Source of the DNA: an uncultured cyanobacterium
Lineage (GTDB): Bacteria; Cyanobacteriota; Cyanobacteriia; PCC-9006; JAAUQQ01
Assembly: GCA_963718615.1 (NCBI GenBank)
Contig: OY970368.1
Coordinates: 2,016,001-2,080,000, forward strand
Direction: 5' to 3'
Length of the DNA: 64,000 nt
In this document: in pieces, positions 21,652 to 31,780 of the stretch
Position numbering within the stretch: position 1 is the first letter of the stretch
Layout: each line of letters opens with the position of its first letter
Translations under genes and position numbers: made by a program
Notes under the pieces: model-generated
The model's input: only the letters and a program-made list of their open reading frames with translations
Databases searched by the model: none
Told to the model about the DNA's origin: nothing

Positions 21652-21703
21652 TGTTGTCTGTGAGTGTTGTCTGTGAGCGTCGTCTGTGAGCGTCGTCTGT
21701 GAG
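21652..21703 (+). repeat. 4 x 13-bp tandem repeat
   Basis: TGTTGTCTGTGAG x2 then CGTCGTCTGTGAG x2, immediately before the slipin start. Confidence 0.9.
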
Positions 21704-21709
21704 TGAAAT

Positions 21710-23239
21710 ATGTTCAAGACCTTCTACATCAAACCCAGCGAGCGGGGGATGCTCTATCACCGCAGCCACTTTAAGCGACTGTTGCGCCCTGGCATTCATC
21801 GTTTTGTGGGCTGGCACTGGCGCGTGCAGTGTTTTGATCTAAACCAGCCGGAGGTGGAGCTACAGGATGCGGAATTGCTGCTGCAAAACCATGGCGACCT
21901 GCTGCGGCAACACCTCATTGTAGTACGCACGGCCTTTAATGAAGCGGCTCTGGTGCGGTTGGGGCAGCGCTGGCTGAGTGTGGCTCCAAACCAATTGCGT
22001 TTGTTTTGGCGGGGCCATGTGGAGGTTGCCGTCGAGCGGTTCAACCTGAACGAGAATCTAGAATTGCCTGCCGAGTTTGTCCAGCAACTTCGTGGCGAGT
22101 CGATTCAGGGACTTCAGCGAGTGGAACTGGCGGAGTTTGAGGTCGGGTTGCTGTTTGTCCAGGATAATTTTGTTCGCCCTTTGGAACCCGGAGAGCATGC
22201 CTTTTGGCAGTTTGGCCGTCAGGTGATGGTGCGATCGCTCAATCGTAATCTCCCCAATCCCGACTTTCCCTTTGAGAATGTCTTGCTGGACCAACATCCT
22301 GAGTTTGTTGACACCTACTGTGAGCGGGTAGAGCTTACACCAGAGCAGGTGGCCATTATTCGCCACCGAGGCCAATGCATCGATATTTTGCCGCCTTCTA
22401 GCCGTCGCCTGTATTGGCAGGGGGTTGGGGTCGAAATCCTCGAAATCGAGGCAGAACGAAAATTGTCGCCTCAGTTGGTCGCAGAACTGGTTTCTGGTTC
22501 GTCTGAGGTCTTGGATCACAGTTTGCCTCACCTCTATGTCCATCAGGTTCCTCAGCATTCGATTGGGATGTTGGTCATAGATAGCGTAGTACAGGCACCG
22601 CTGGAGCCGGGGATTCACGCCTGGTGGTCGTTTGGACGGGCGATCGCCGCCACCAATATCAGCCTCAAGCTCCAAACCCTGGAGGTCTCAGGCCAAGAGA
22701 TTCTCTCCAAGGACAAAGTTCCCTTGCGACTCAATCTTTCCGCTGATTATCGGGTGACCGATCCGATGCAGGCGCTGGCTCAACTGACGAATATTTCCGA
22801 GTTCTTGTATAAGGAACTCCAGTTTGCGCTGCGGGCGGCGGTGGGAACGAAGAACTTAGATGCACTCTTGGAGGATAAGGGGGCGATCGATCGCAGTATC
22901 GCTGAATCTATGGCGGAAAAAACCGAGGGTTATGGTCTAGAGGTGCGATCGGTGGGCGTTAAGGACATCATTTTGCCGGGGGACATCAAAGACATTCTCG
23001 GCAAGGTAGTGGAAGCAGAAAAGTCGGCCCAGGCCAATGTGATCCGCCGCCGGGAAGAAACCGCCGCCACCCGCAGTATGCTGAACACGGCGCGGGTCAT
23101 GGAGGATAACCCGATCGCCCTACGGCTGAAGGAGTTGGAGGTGCTGGAGCGGATTGCCGAGAAGATCGATCGGATCAATGTCAACGGCAGTTTAGACAGC
23201 ATCTTGACCGAGCTGATTCAACTTAACCCATCTGCCTAG
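21710..23239 (+). CDS. Slipin family (SPFH/band-7) protein
   Basis: EVSGQEILSKDKVPLRLN, LQFALRAAVG, VKDIILPGDI and ANVIRRREETAATRSMLNTA. Confidence 0.92.
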   Translation: MFKTFYIKPSERGMLYHRSHFKRLLRPGIHRFVGWHWRVQCFDLNQPEVELQDAELLLQNHGDLLRQHLIVVRTAFNEAALVRLGQRWLSVAPNQLRLFWRGHVEVAVERFNLNENLELPAEFVQQLRGESIQGLQRVELAEFEVGLLFVQDNFVRPLEPGEHAFWQFGRQVMVRSLNRNLPNPDFPFENVLLDQHPEFVDTYCERVELTPEQVAIIRHRGQCIDILPPSSRRLYWQGVGVEILEIEAERKLSPQLVAELVSGSSEVLDHSLPHLYVHQVPQHSIGMLVIDSVVQAPLEPGIHAWWSFGRAIAATNISLKLQTLEVSGQEILSKDKVPLRLNLSADYRVTDPMQALAQLTNISEFLYKELQFALRAAVGTKNLDALLEDKGAIDRSIAESMAEKTEGYGLEVRSVGVKDIILPGDIKDILGKVVEAEKSAQANVIRRREETAATRSMLNTARVMEDNPIALRLKELEVLERIAEKIDRINVNGSLDSILTELIQLNPSA

Positions 23240-23357
23240 ATCCCCCCGGCATCTACAGTACCTTGCCATCCGTTAAGGAAAGCGCCAAACCGTGCCGCTG
23301 GTCGTTGCAGCCGCTGGCCGTCGCACTTTCTAGAAGCATACCTAAACTATTCAAAAA

Positions 23358-23430
23358 AGCTGGTGACAAGACTTGAACTTGCGACCGGCTGATTACAAAT
23401 CAGCTGCTCTACCAACTGAGCTACACCAGC
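23358..23430 (-). tRNA. trnT: tRNA-Thr(TGT)
   Basis: GCTGGTGTAGCTCAGTTGGTAGAGCAGCTGATTTGTAATCAGCCGGTCGCAAGTTCAAGTCTTGTCACCAGCT; canonical cloverleaf, CCA not encoded. Confidence 0.97.
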
Positions 23431-23462
23431 AAAACCAAACGGGGCGTTTATACAGAACCATT

Positions 23463-23501
23463 ATACAGATGCAGGAGCAAAAATTATTCCTGCATCTGTA
23501 T
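23463..23501. terminator. 14-bp inverted repeat, probable terminator of the response regulator gene
   Basis: ATACAGATGCAGGA...TCCTGCATCTGTAT. Confidence 0.55.
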
Positions 23502-23561
23502 CAGGAGACTTAATCGACATAGGTCTTCATCTGTATCGACCAGAAGCAATTCAACTCGGCC

Positions 23562-24209
23562 TTAGGCCATGCTGTTTTCAATCGCCCAGCGTGCTAGCTC
23601 CGTTCGATTATGAAGGCCCGTTTTGCCCAACATGTTGGACACATGGCTTTCAATCGTCCGCTGACTGACGTTGAGCTGTTCCGCAATCTCACGGTTGGCC
23701 ATTCCCCGTGCGACAAACTGAACAACCTTTTGCTCCGTTGGCGTTAATTCCACATCGAACGGAACATGAATGGTCATTTCCGCATCGCCTCGGCCCGGAC
23801 TTCGACTGGTTAACCGAGAGGCTTGTTTTAGCGAAGACTCCACCTGGGCCACGAGTTCTTCGGGCTCAAAGGGCTTCACCATGTAAACATCCGCGCCGGT
23901 CGAGAGGCCCTTCACCCGATCCTGGCTTTGTCCTTTTGCAGAAAGGAACAGTACCGGAATCCAGCTAGTTTGGGGATTCTCACGAACATTCTTCACGAAG
24001 GAATAACCGTCCATTTCTGGCATCATCACATCGCAAATAATCATGTCTGGAGTGAGATCCTCCAAGGCCTCCAGCGCAGCCCTGCCATTTTCGGCAGTGA
24101 CTACGGTATAGCCCCTAAACTCAAGGTAGTCTTTGACCAAGAGAATTAAATTCGGGTCGTCGTCAATGAGCAGAAGTTTCTTGTTGTCTCCCACGCTCGT
24201 ATCCTTCAT
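23562..24209 (-). CDS. NarL/LuxR-family response regulator
   Basis: Receiver domain LLIDDD...CDVMMP...KPF plus LTPTEQKVV...NREIAEQL HTH. Confidence 0.95.
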   Translation of the reverse strand: MKDTSVGDNKKLLLIDDDPNLILLVKDYLEFRGYTVVTAENGRAALEALEDLTPDMIICDVMMPEMDGYSFVKNVRENPQTSWIPVLFLSAKGQSQDRVKGLSTGADVYMVKPFEPEELVAQVESSLKQASRLTSRSPGRGDAEMTIHVPFDVELTPTEQKVVQFVARGMANREIAEQLNVSQRTIESHVSNMLGKTGLHNRTELARWAIENSMA

Positions 24210-24760
24210 GATGCAGTGTCCGCGATCGCCCTTCCTGTTCTACTCGCTTGCAGGCAAGCTTGCAAAACACAGGGGGTAGGCTAGCAATTCTATAGTACCC
24301 AAAGCTACCTATATTGACCAACCAGAGTTTATCAGGTTTAGCAGAAGAATCCGCAGTTTTATAGATGACTCAGGACGGGGCAAGGCTCTGTAGAGACAGA
24401 GTTTATTTGCTTTGGGTACCCGCGCTCCCAAGCTATCCACGCTTTTTACTATAGTCAATATAATTCAGTAAAATCAACTAAAAGGCTCCTTTTTTCTTGT
24501 TAAAACAGAGACGTTTGACCGAGTTTTCAGTTAATCAAATCCGAGCTTACACGAAGGTCGTTTGACTTTTTTCTATCTATAGAATTCTTAGTCGAATGGG
24601 CGAAACCGGAGATTTTGAGGGCGATCGCCATCTTTTTCTCAAAATTTTTCAACGTTGAGGATAAATTAGGGATTGAAATTTTCTATGGAAAACGATAATT
24701 TTCGCACAAAAAACAATGATGGCGACGTCTAAACATCCAAACATCTCATGAACATCTCCC

Positions 24761-25126
24761 TCAGCGGAGGGGTGCCTCGACAATAACATGAGACTCGACA
24801 GGCTGATTACCCAGCAAATGCTCTTGAATAATCTGTTCGACGATGGCAGGGGTAACGCTGTGATACCAGATGCCATCGGGGTAGACCAGCAAAATTGGCC
24901 CTTGCTGACAGATCCGCAAGCAGTCCGCTTTGGTCCGAAAAATACAGGTGGGACGCTCAGCGGTTGGCGCATCCAGATTGAGATCCTTGAGGCGCTGCTT
25001 GAGATAACTCCAGGTTTCTAGGCCCAGGGTCGGATCGCAACATTTGGGCTTCAGGGGCGTGGCGCAGAGAAAAAGATGGCGCTGAATGTCAGGAATTCCT
25101 AGGGCGCGCACGGTAGCTTCGAGCAT
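24761..25126 (-). CDS. Thioredoxin-like (2Fe-2S) ferredoxin
   Basis: HLFLC...CC...[20 protein letters not shown]. Confidence 0.9.
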   Translation of the reverse strand: MLEATVRALGIPDIQRHLFLCATPLKPKCCDPTLGLETWSYLKQRLKDLNLDAPTAERPTCIFRTKADCLRICQQGPILLVYPDGIWYHSVTPAIVEQIIQEHLLGNQPVESHVIVEAPLR

Positions 25127-25159
25127 AGGGCGTTAGAGGAAGAATCAGTTGAATCGTTA

Positions 25160-26197
25160 TTAATCGGTTGAGGCGAGAGGGACTTGGGCAAGGGCTCCCA
25201 GGATAACCTCTGGCCCTGCACCCCGTTTACAGCCCTGTTCCGTCAGATAGCGTTTCCAGGCGCGGCTACCGGGCTGACCCGCGAACAGTTGCAGCAGATG
25301 GCGGGTAATGCTGTGGGGTTTGAGATCTGTTGCGGTCCAGCGATCGAGGTAGGGAACCATGGCTTCCGCAACGGCGTGGCGGCTGAGCGGTGGCTCGGTG
25401 CTGCCGTAAAACCGGGTGTCGGCATGAGCGAGGCCATAGGGCGTGTCGTAGGCGGCGCGGCCAATCATCACGGCATCAACCGCCTGAAGCTGGGGTTCCG
25501 CTTGGTCGAGGGTGAGAAAGCCCCCATTAATTTCGATAAAAAGCTGGGGAAAATCCTGCTTGAGGCGATGAACTTCCTCGTAGCGCAGGGGGGGAATGGT
25601 GCGGTTTTGCTTGGGGTCAAGGCCATGAAGCCAAGCTTTGCGAGCGTGGACCGTAAAGTAGTGACAGCCTGCATCGGCGACGATGCGGACAAATTCGGCC
25701 ATGTCTTCGTAGCGATCGCGATCATCAATCCCAATGCGATGCTTGACGCTAATGGGCAACCGCGTCGCCCCCGCCATCGCGGCCACCGCTCGCGCCACCC
25801 GCTCGGGTTCCGCCATCAGGCAAGCGCCGAAATTGCCACTTTGGACCCGACTGCTGGGACAACCCACATTCAAATTCACCTCGTCGTAGCCCCAATCCTC
25901 GGCAATGCGGGCGCATTCCGCCAGACTTTTGGGATCATCTCCGCCAACTTGCAACACCAGTGGCTTTTCCTCGGGAGAGAAATCTAGGAGCTTAGGGCGA
26001 TCGCCATGGAGAATCGCCGGAACAGTCACCATCTCCGTATAAAGCAACGTTTGCCGTGTAATGAGCCTGAGAAAATAGCGGCAATGGCGGTCCGTGCGGT
26101 CCATCATGGGGGCCACACTGAGGGGAAAGGGGCGTTGGCGCTGGCCTTGGGGCGGCGGGGCGGTTGGGTTGGGGGCGATCGCGGGCAAAAGACTCAC
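25160..26197 (-). CDS. dusA: tRNA dihydrouridine(20/20a) synthase
   Basis: SVAPMMDRTD, NLNVGCPS, VHARKAWL and MIGRAAY. Confidence 0.95.
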   Translation of the reverse strand: MSLLPAIAPNPTAPPPQGQRQRPFPLSVAPMMDRTDRHCRYFLRLITRQTLLYTEMVTVPAILHGDRPKLLDFSPEEKPLVLQVGGDDPKSLAECARIAEDWGYDEVNLNVGCPSSRVQSGNFGACLMAEPERVARAVAAMAGATRLPISVKHRIGIDDRDRYEDMAEFVRIVADAGCHYFTVHARKAWLHGLDPKQNRTIPPLRYEEVHRLKQDFPQLFIEINGGFLTLDQAEPQLQAVDAVMIGRAAYDTPYGLAHADTRFYGSTEPPLSRHAVAEAMVPYLDRWTATDLKPHSITRHLLQLFAGQPGSRAWKRYLTEQGCKRGAGPEVILGALAQVPLASTD

Positions 26198-26606
26198 AAA
26201 CTTACGTCAAAATTTAGGAACGGCGCTTAAACTGCTTTTGAGGCTGAGGCAGGGAGGAACGATTGGGCAGCACCGTTAAAATTGCTAAGACCAGGCTTAA
26301 TGCAAGTACGTCCATAGGGTTTATAAAATGCGAGTTTTAGGCAATATGCTTCAGGTCTTGAAGCCCACAAAAAGGATTATCCGTATTGTTTCTGAGGAAT
26401 CTATGCTTGCCCTACCTCATTCGGATTAAATTTTTCGAGTTCCGGCCTTTTGTAATGACTTTTCATCTGAGGTTTTCAGCATCCTAGCGAAGCGGGAGAT
26501 GAGCTCGCTCCCCTAATTCTACTGAAGGAGTTGCCCTTTGCCATCGTCCCGTCGGCAATTTCAGTGATAGCCGTCACCATTTGAGTATAAAGATTGTAAA
26601 AGATTC

Positions 26607-27968
26607 ATGAATGATCCTCAGGATGAATCCATTGGGTCTGGATCCCATCCAGAGTCAACGCCCGCCGCTCCCGAAGCCGAGTCTGCCTCTGCGCCTTGGT
26701 TTTCCCTCAACCGGGTGGGTAAACTCTCTCGCCAATTCTCCCGGCAATTTTCCGAACGGATTACCCAGCCCCTAGCGCGTACGCTGCCTTTGGAGCAGGT
26801 GACAGAGACCGTCATGGGCTGGTTTAGCGTCAGCGAAGAGCGAGTGGCGGAGATTTTAGTGGCGATTCGGGCAGAACTCCCCACCACGGAAGCCCTGCTG
26901 GTGGGCAAGCCCCAGGCTGGAAAAAGCTCGATCGTGCGGGCGATTACTGGGGTTTCTCCGGAAATTATTGGTCAAGGCTTTCGGCCCCACACTCAACATA
27001 CTGAGCGGTATGCCTATCCTTCCGAAGACCTGCCTCTGCTGATCTTTACAGATACCGTCGGTTTGGGAGATGTCAAGCAGGCGACCCAGACTGTGGTGAC
27101 GGAGCTTCAGCAGGAGTTGGCCCAGGAGTCGGGCGGAGCTCGGATCTTGATCCTGACGGTTAAGATTAACGATTTTGCGACGGATACGCTACGCCAAATT
27201 GCTGAGGACCTGCGGCGGCAGTTTCCCCAGGTGCCCTGCTTGCTCGCCGTGACCTGTTTACACGAGGCATACCCCAGTCCGAGCACCGAGCATCCGGACT
27301 ATCCCCCCCAATTTGAGACGGTGCAGCGGGCCTTTGGGGCGATTCAGCAGGATTTTCAGGGGCTTTGCGATCGCGCCCTCCTGCTCGATTTCACCCTGGA
27401 GGAAGATGGCTATGAGCCGGTGTTTTATGGCCTAGAGGCCCTTCGAGATGCCTTGGCAGACCTGCTGCCGGAGGCGGAAGCCCAGACGATTCATCGGCTC
27501 ATCGAAGAACAAAGCGATGCTCGCGAACAGCTCGGCAGTCTCTATCGGGACGTGGGCCGTCGTTATATGTCAACGTTTGCGGTGATTGCGGCGACGCTGG
27601 CGGCGGTGCCGTTGCCCTTTGCGACGATGCCGGTGTTAACGGCGTTGCAGGTTTCGATGGTGGGACTCCTGGGTAAACTGTATGGTCAAACCCTGACGCC
27701 TTCGCAGGCTGGGGGGGTGGTGAGTGCGATCGCGGGTGGATTTGTTGCCCAGGCGATCGGGCGGGAGTTGGTTAAGTTTATCCCTGGGTTTGGCAGTGTC
27801 ATCGCTGCGTCTTGGGCCGCTGCCTATACTTGGGCGTTGGGTGAAGGGGCCTGTGTTTATTTTGGCGATCTAATGGGGGGTAAAAACCCGGATCCGGAGC
27901 GGATTCAACAGGTGATGGGCGAAGCGTTTACTGCGGCGAAGGAGCGGTTTAAGGAGAACCAGCGATAA
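26607..27968 (+). CDS. GTPase with C-terminal DUF697/YcjF-like region
   Basis: P-loop GKPQAGKSS, DTVGL and AAVPLPFA...KFIPGFG. Confidence 0.85.
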   Translation: MNDPQDESIGSGSHPESTPAAPEAESASAPWFSLNRVGKLSRQFSRQFSERITQPLARTLPLEQVTETVMGWFSVSEERVAEILVAIRAELPTTEALLVGKPQAGKSSIVRAITGVSPEIIGQGFRPHTQHTERYAYPSEDLPLLIFTDTVGLGDVKQATQTVVTELQQELAQESGGARILILTVKINDFATDTLRQIAEDLRRQFPQVPCLLAVTCLHEAYPSPSTEHPDYPPQFETVQRAFGAIQQDFQGLCDRALLLDFTLEEDGYEPVFYGLEALRDALADLLPEAEAQTIHRLIEEQSDAREQLGSLYRDVGRRYMSTFAVIAATLAAVPLPFATMPVLTALQVSMVGLLGKLYGQTLTPSQAGGVVSAIAGGFVAQAIGRELVKFIPGFGSVIAASWAAAYTWALGEGACVYFGDLMGGKNPDPERIQQVMGEAFTAAKERFKENQR

Positions 27969-28106
27969 CTTTAGCAATGAGCTGATGCTTCAGGTGTACC
28001 AGGAAGGTTTACTGGTGTTGAGTTAGGGGAAGAGGAGAGGGGATGGCGATCGCTATAATAATGCCAGCGGAATCCAACCCATCAGGACCAATGTGGCTCC
28101 AACCCA

Positions 28107-29009
28107 GTGATGACCCACCTTGCAGAACGATACATTAATCCCCTCACGGACTTTGGGTTCAAGCGTTTGTTTGGCACAGAGCCCAATAAGGATTTCTTAA
28201 TTGATTTCCTCAATGTTGTTTTGCCAGAGGAACATCGGGTTCAGGATTTGACGTATCGTAATAATGAAAATATTGGCAATACATTAATCGATCGCAAAGC
28301 CATTTTTGACATTTACTGTGAAAGCGAAAGCGGCGAGAAGTTTATCGTTGAGATTCAGAAGGCAAAACAAAACTACTTCAAGGATCGGAGCATTTACTAT
28401 TCGACTTTTCCCATCCAGGAGCAGGCGGAGAAAGGAGATTGGAATTATCGGCTTTCTGCTGTTTATACCGTTGGAATTCTAGATTTCATCTTTGATGACC
28501 ATAAAACGGATCCAACGATTAAACATGTTGTTGAGCTGAAAAACCAAAGATGCGAGGTGTTTTATGACAAGCTGAAATTTATCTATATTGAGCTACCTAA
28601 ATTCACCAAGACCCTTGACCAGTTGGAGAGTCACTACGAGAAATGGCTGTTCCTACTTCGACATCTTTACGAGTTTGAAGATAAGCCAGAGATATTGCAA
28701 GAGGGTGTTTTCAATCGTTTATTTGAGGTGGCAGAAATTGCCAACTTCTCTCCCCTAGAGCGACAAGCCTATGAAGACAGCTTAAAGTATTATCGTGATC
28801 TTCAGAATGTTGTAGACACCTCACGAGAAGAAGGTTGGGAGGAAGGTTGGGAAGAAGGTCGGGAAGAGGGCCGGGAAGAGGGTCGGGAAGAAGAGAGACA
28901 GGAGATTGCGCTAAACCTTCTGCGTGAGGGGGTTTCAGTGGAAATGGTAAGCCGCACGACAGGTCTTTCTGTTGAAAGGTTGGAGCGGCTACGGCAGCAG
29001 CTTGGGTGA
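28107..29009 (+). CDS. Rpn family PD-(D/E)XK nuclease / putative transposase
   Basis: NPLTDFGFKRLFG, DIYC...VEIQ, IELPKF and C-terminal (R/W)EEG repeats. Confidence 0.93.
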   Translation: MMTHLAERYINPLTDFGFKRLFGTEPNKDFLIDFLNVVLPEEHRVQDLTYRNNENIGNTLIDRKAIFDIYCESESGEKFIVEIQKAKQNYFKDRSIYYSTFPIQEQAEKGDWNYRLSAVYTVGILDFIFDDHKTDPTIKHVVELKNQRCEVFYDKLKFIYIELPKFTKTLDQLESHYEKWLFLLRHLYEFEDKPEILQEGVFNRLFEVAEIANFSPLERQAYEDSLKYYRDLQNVVDTSREEGWEEGWEEGREEGREEGREEERQEIALNLLREGVSVEMVSRTTGLSVERLERLRQQLG

Positions 29010-29391
29010 TGGGTGGAGTTTAAGGTGGTCTCTAAAACTGAGACGGTTGGTTTTCCGGTTTCGGAAAGGGCTTGAGGGTGCTTTATCTGGGGTTCATTTG
29101 TAAACGAAGTTTTCTTGATCGTAAAAAATATTACTTGTCTATTCTCCTGGTTGGTGGAAAAATGAGTCCCATTGAGTTTTTATTTTGAGCACTTGAGTCG
29201 GGGGTCGGGCGTTAGGCAATTTCGGTTTTATAGAGCGGCATATTAGCTGTGTTGGCTGTGGTTTCTTTCTATGGCTGGGTTCTCTGGGCAAGGGAATTTG
29301 TCTGGAACTGAGGGTGATGTGTTGCTCTATCAAGCTTAATATTGCGCTCTGACTTGAGCATCTTCCTGCGGTGATTTGCGGGAGGTTTTCT

Positions 29392-29580
29392 ATGGTTGTC
29401 AGTGTGGCGAATACGTCTGCGGTGGCTGGTGCGTCGCGTTTAGAGCTGAATGCTTCGCGGCAGTTTGTGGCTTGGCTGCTGGAGCAGCGGCTTAGTTTGG
29501 CGTTTACGACGTATCAGGCGGGGAAGTAGTTGTTTTTGCTGGGGGTGAACCCGGAGGGCAATTTTTCAATGTTTGAGTGA
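29392..29580 (+). pseudogene. Truncated TIGR03032 (DUF4915) 5' fragment with in-frame TAG
   Basis: MVVSV...LELNASRQFVAWLLEQRLSLAFTTYQAGK*LFLLGVNPEGNFSMFE*, paralogous to the gene at 29656. Confidence 0.8.
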
Positions 29581-29994
29581 ATCCTTAAACATTGTCTTTT
29601 ACGTACAAGAAAGTTCTAACTAATGACACTCGTGTTAACGACATAATTTATTCTTATGCATGAGAATCACTCATCTTTGCTAACTACTTCTCGACACTTT
29701 CCAAGTTGGCTCGCACAACAAAAAGTTAGCCTTGCGTTTACAACATATCAATCAGGTCGGCTCTTCTTGTTAGGTCTTAAAGATAATGGTGAACTGTCTG
29801 TCGTTGCCCGATCATTTGATCGAGCATCTGGAATGAGCACAACACCGAACAGTATTTACTTAGGAAGTAGAAATCAGATTTGGGTTCTAAGGAATGTTTT
29901 GAAAGAAAGCGAATTTTATCAGGCTCACGATGCGCTATACGTCCCTTATAAATCCTACGCCGTCGGAGACGTAGATATTCACGATATTGTTGTA

Positions 29995-30962
29995 ACGTCA
30001 GTTCCGGTTAAGATTGGGCCGATGGAAGGGCGAAATCAAGGTTGAGAGCCGGTTTCTTGGGCTGATGGCAGTAGGCAATCAAGCCACATAGCAGGTTGAC
30101 CGAGAAATTGATGGGACTGCGATGGCGCGAATGCTCAATCTGAGAGATGTTCTTGAGCTGGTCAATGATGGTCTCAATGATGGAGCGCTTACGGGCGAGC
30201 AGCTTATCGGTGAATCGCATGAGCTGGTTCTTCATGTTGCGTTTGGGTTTGGCGTAGAACTCAAGGCCACAAGTCTGAAGAAGCTCCAATGCGAGCTTCT
30301 TGGAGACATAGCCTCGGTCTGCGAATATCTTGCCAAAGAGCCCCTGAAGCAGCTCTTTGACTGGTTTGCGGTCATCAGTATTGCCGGGAGTCAGGGTCAT
30401 ATTAAGGAGTTCTCCGCGGTCATTCACGACCAGATGAAGCTTGAATCCGAAGAACCAGTCCACTGACGTTTTGCCCCGAGCGGCGGAATCTTTGAAGACC
30501 TTGTGCTGCCGGATTCGACGGTTATGACAAACCTTGATGCAAGTCGCATCCATGAAACCAACGCCACTGCATTGACCAAAGCAGCTTTTGAGGTAGGCAC
30601 ACAAAGGAAGGACCAGAGAGGGCAACCCGCTGATAAAACGCTGATAGCTCACCAACTTGGGAAAGGCTGAGCGCCAATGAACGGCCACATGTCTGGTGTA
30701 AAAGTCTTTGAAGTTTCGATAGCCTTGGAGATGAAAGGCAATGGCGATCGTCATTCTCTCGCTCAGGCTTAGCTTCCCGATGCGCTTTCGCATCTTCAGA
30801 CCGCTGCCAAGTAACCGCTGATTCCATTTGGGTTCGAACGCCTGGCAGAAGTCATCGACGTCACAGAACAGCTCTTCTAAACTAATCATGGGTAGAGGGG
30901 GGTTGATTGCTTTGGTTAGTTTCAGCCTAATCTCCTCTGCCTTTCTTATCCAGAACTGACGT
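29995..30962 (-). mobile_element. IS982-family insertion sequence
   Basis: Terminal IRs ACGTCAGTTC.../...GAACTGACGT; 7-bp target duplication TGTTGTA at 29988-29994 and 30963-30969. Confidence 0.93.
30008..30889 (-). CDS. IS982-family transposase
   Basis: [36 protein letters not shown] and [13 protein letters not shown]. Confidence 0.93.
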   Translation of the reverse strand: MISLEELFCDVDDFCQAFEPKWNQRLLGSGLKMRKRIGKLSLSERMTIAIAFHLQGYRNFKDFYTRHVAVHWRSAFPKLVSYQRFISGLPSLVLPLCAYLKSCFGQCSGVGFMDATCIKVCHNRRIRQHKVFKDSAARGKTSVDWFFGFKLHLVVNDRGELLNMTLTPGNTDDRKPVKELLQGLFGKIFADRGYVSKKLALELLQTCGLEFYAKPKRNMKNQLMRFTDKLLARKRSIIETIIDQLKNISQIEHSRHRSPINFSVNLLCGLIAYCHQPKKPALNLDFALPSAQS

Positions 30963-31780
30963 TGTTGTATCAAAAGCAGAAGAAAATGATAAGAAGCTGC
31001 AAGTTTTCTTTGTAAGTTCGCAATTTAGTTGTGTGTCAACATTAAGCGATCGATATAGCTTTCAGTTGTCTTGGCTGCCCCCTTTCATCTCTAAGTTGGT
31101 TCCAGAGGACCGATGTCATCTTAATGGTTTAGCATCGATCGAAGGAAATCTTCGATATTCAACTGCTTTAAGTGAGTCAGATATAGCAGACGGATGGCGA
31201 GATCATCGGCATGAAGGAGGATGCATCATAGACATTGAAGCAAATGAAACGATTGTGACAGGTCTTTCGATGCCGCATTCTCCCAGATGGTATCGAGATA
31301 AATTGTGGCTTCTTAACTCTGGAACAGGTGAGTTTGGACACATCGAAAATCTTGGAGATTCCTGTACTGGCCCTTTAGCTTTCAAGCCAATTGTATTTTG
31401 TCCAGGTTATTTGAGAGGTCTGGCTTTTCATGAAAATTATGCGGTGGTCGGTCTTTCCTTACCCAGAGAACTTACTTTTAGAGGATTAAAGCTTGATGAG
31501 CAACTAACTCAACGCAAGGCAAAGCCGCGTTGTGGGTTAATGGTAATTGATTTAGATCAGGGCAATGTGGCCCACTGGTTGAGATTAGAAGGAGAAATCA
31601 GTGAGCTGTATGATGTTCAAATCCTGCCAAGAATACGATGTCCTAGTGCGATAAGCTTGAACACTGAAATTTTAATGGCCGATCACTTTAATGGTGATTT
31701 CATATGCTGGAAGGCAAGAAAGTGTTAAGAGCTTTACGTTGAGTCATCTATACCTAAGTTATGTAATGTAGAGGGAAATA

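Larger units (their letters stand above)
29656..31728 (+). pseudogene. TIGR03032 (DUF4915) family gene interrupted by IS982
   Basis: SLAFTTYQSG...DIHDIVV / IS / ...PEDRCHLNGLA...GLSMPHSPRWY...ELYDV; the frame is restored when the IS and one DR are removed. Confidence 0.88.

Noticed and set aside
21652-21703. CRISPR-like repeats
   Set aside because: 13-bp units without spacers and no cas genes; a simple tandem repeat.
25184-25987. 267-aa plus-strand ORF
   Set aside because: Antisense to dusA with no recognisable motifs.
26491-26570. GCGGGAGA...CTGAAGGAG...TTTCAG resembling a glycine riboswitch aptamer
   Set aside because: Lacks the CTCTCAGG core and a closing P1, is single, and the downstream gene is unrelated to glycine metabolism.
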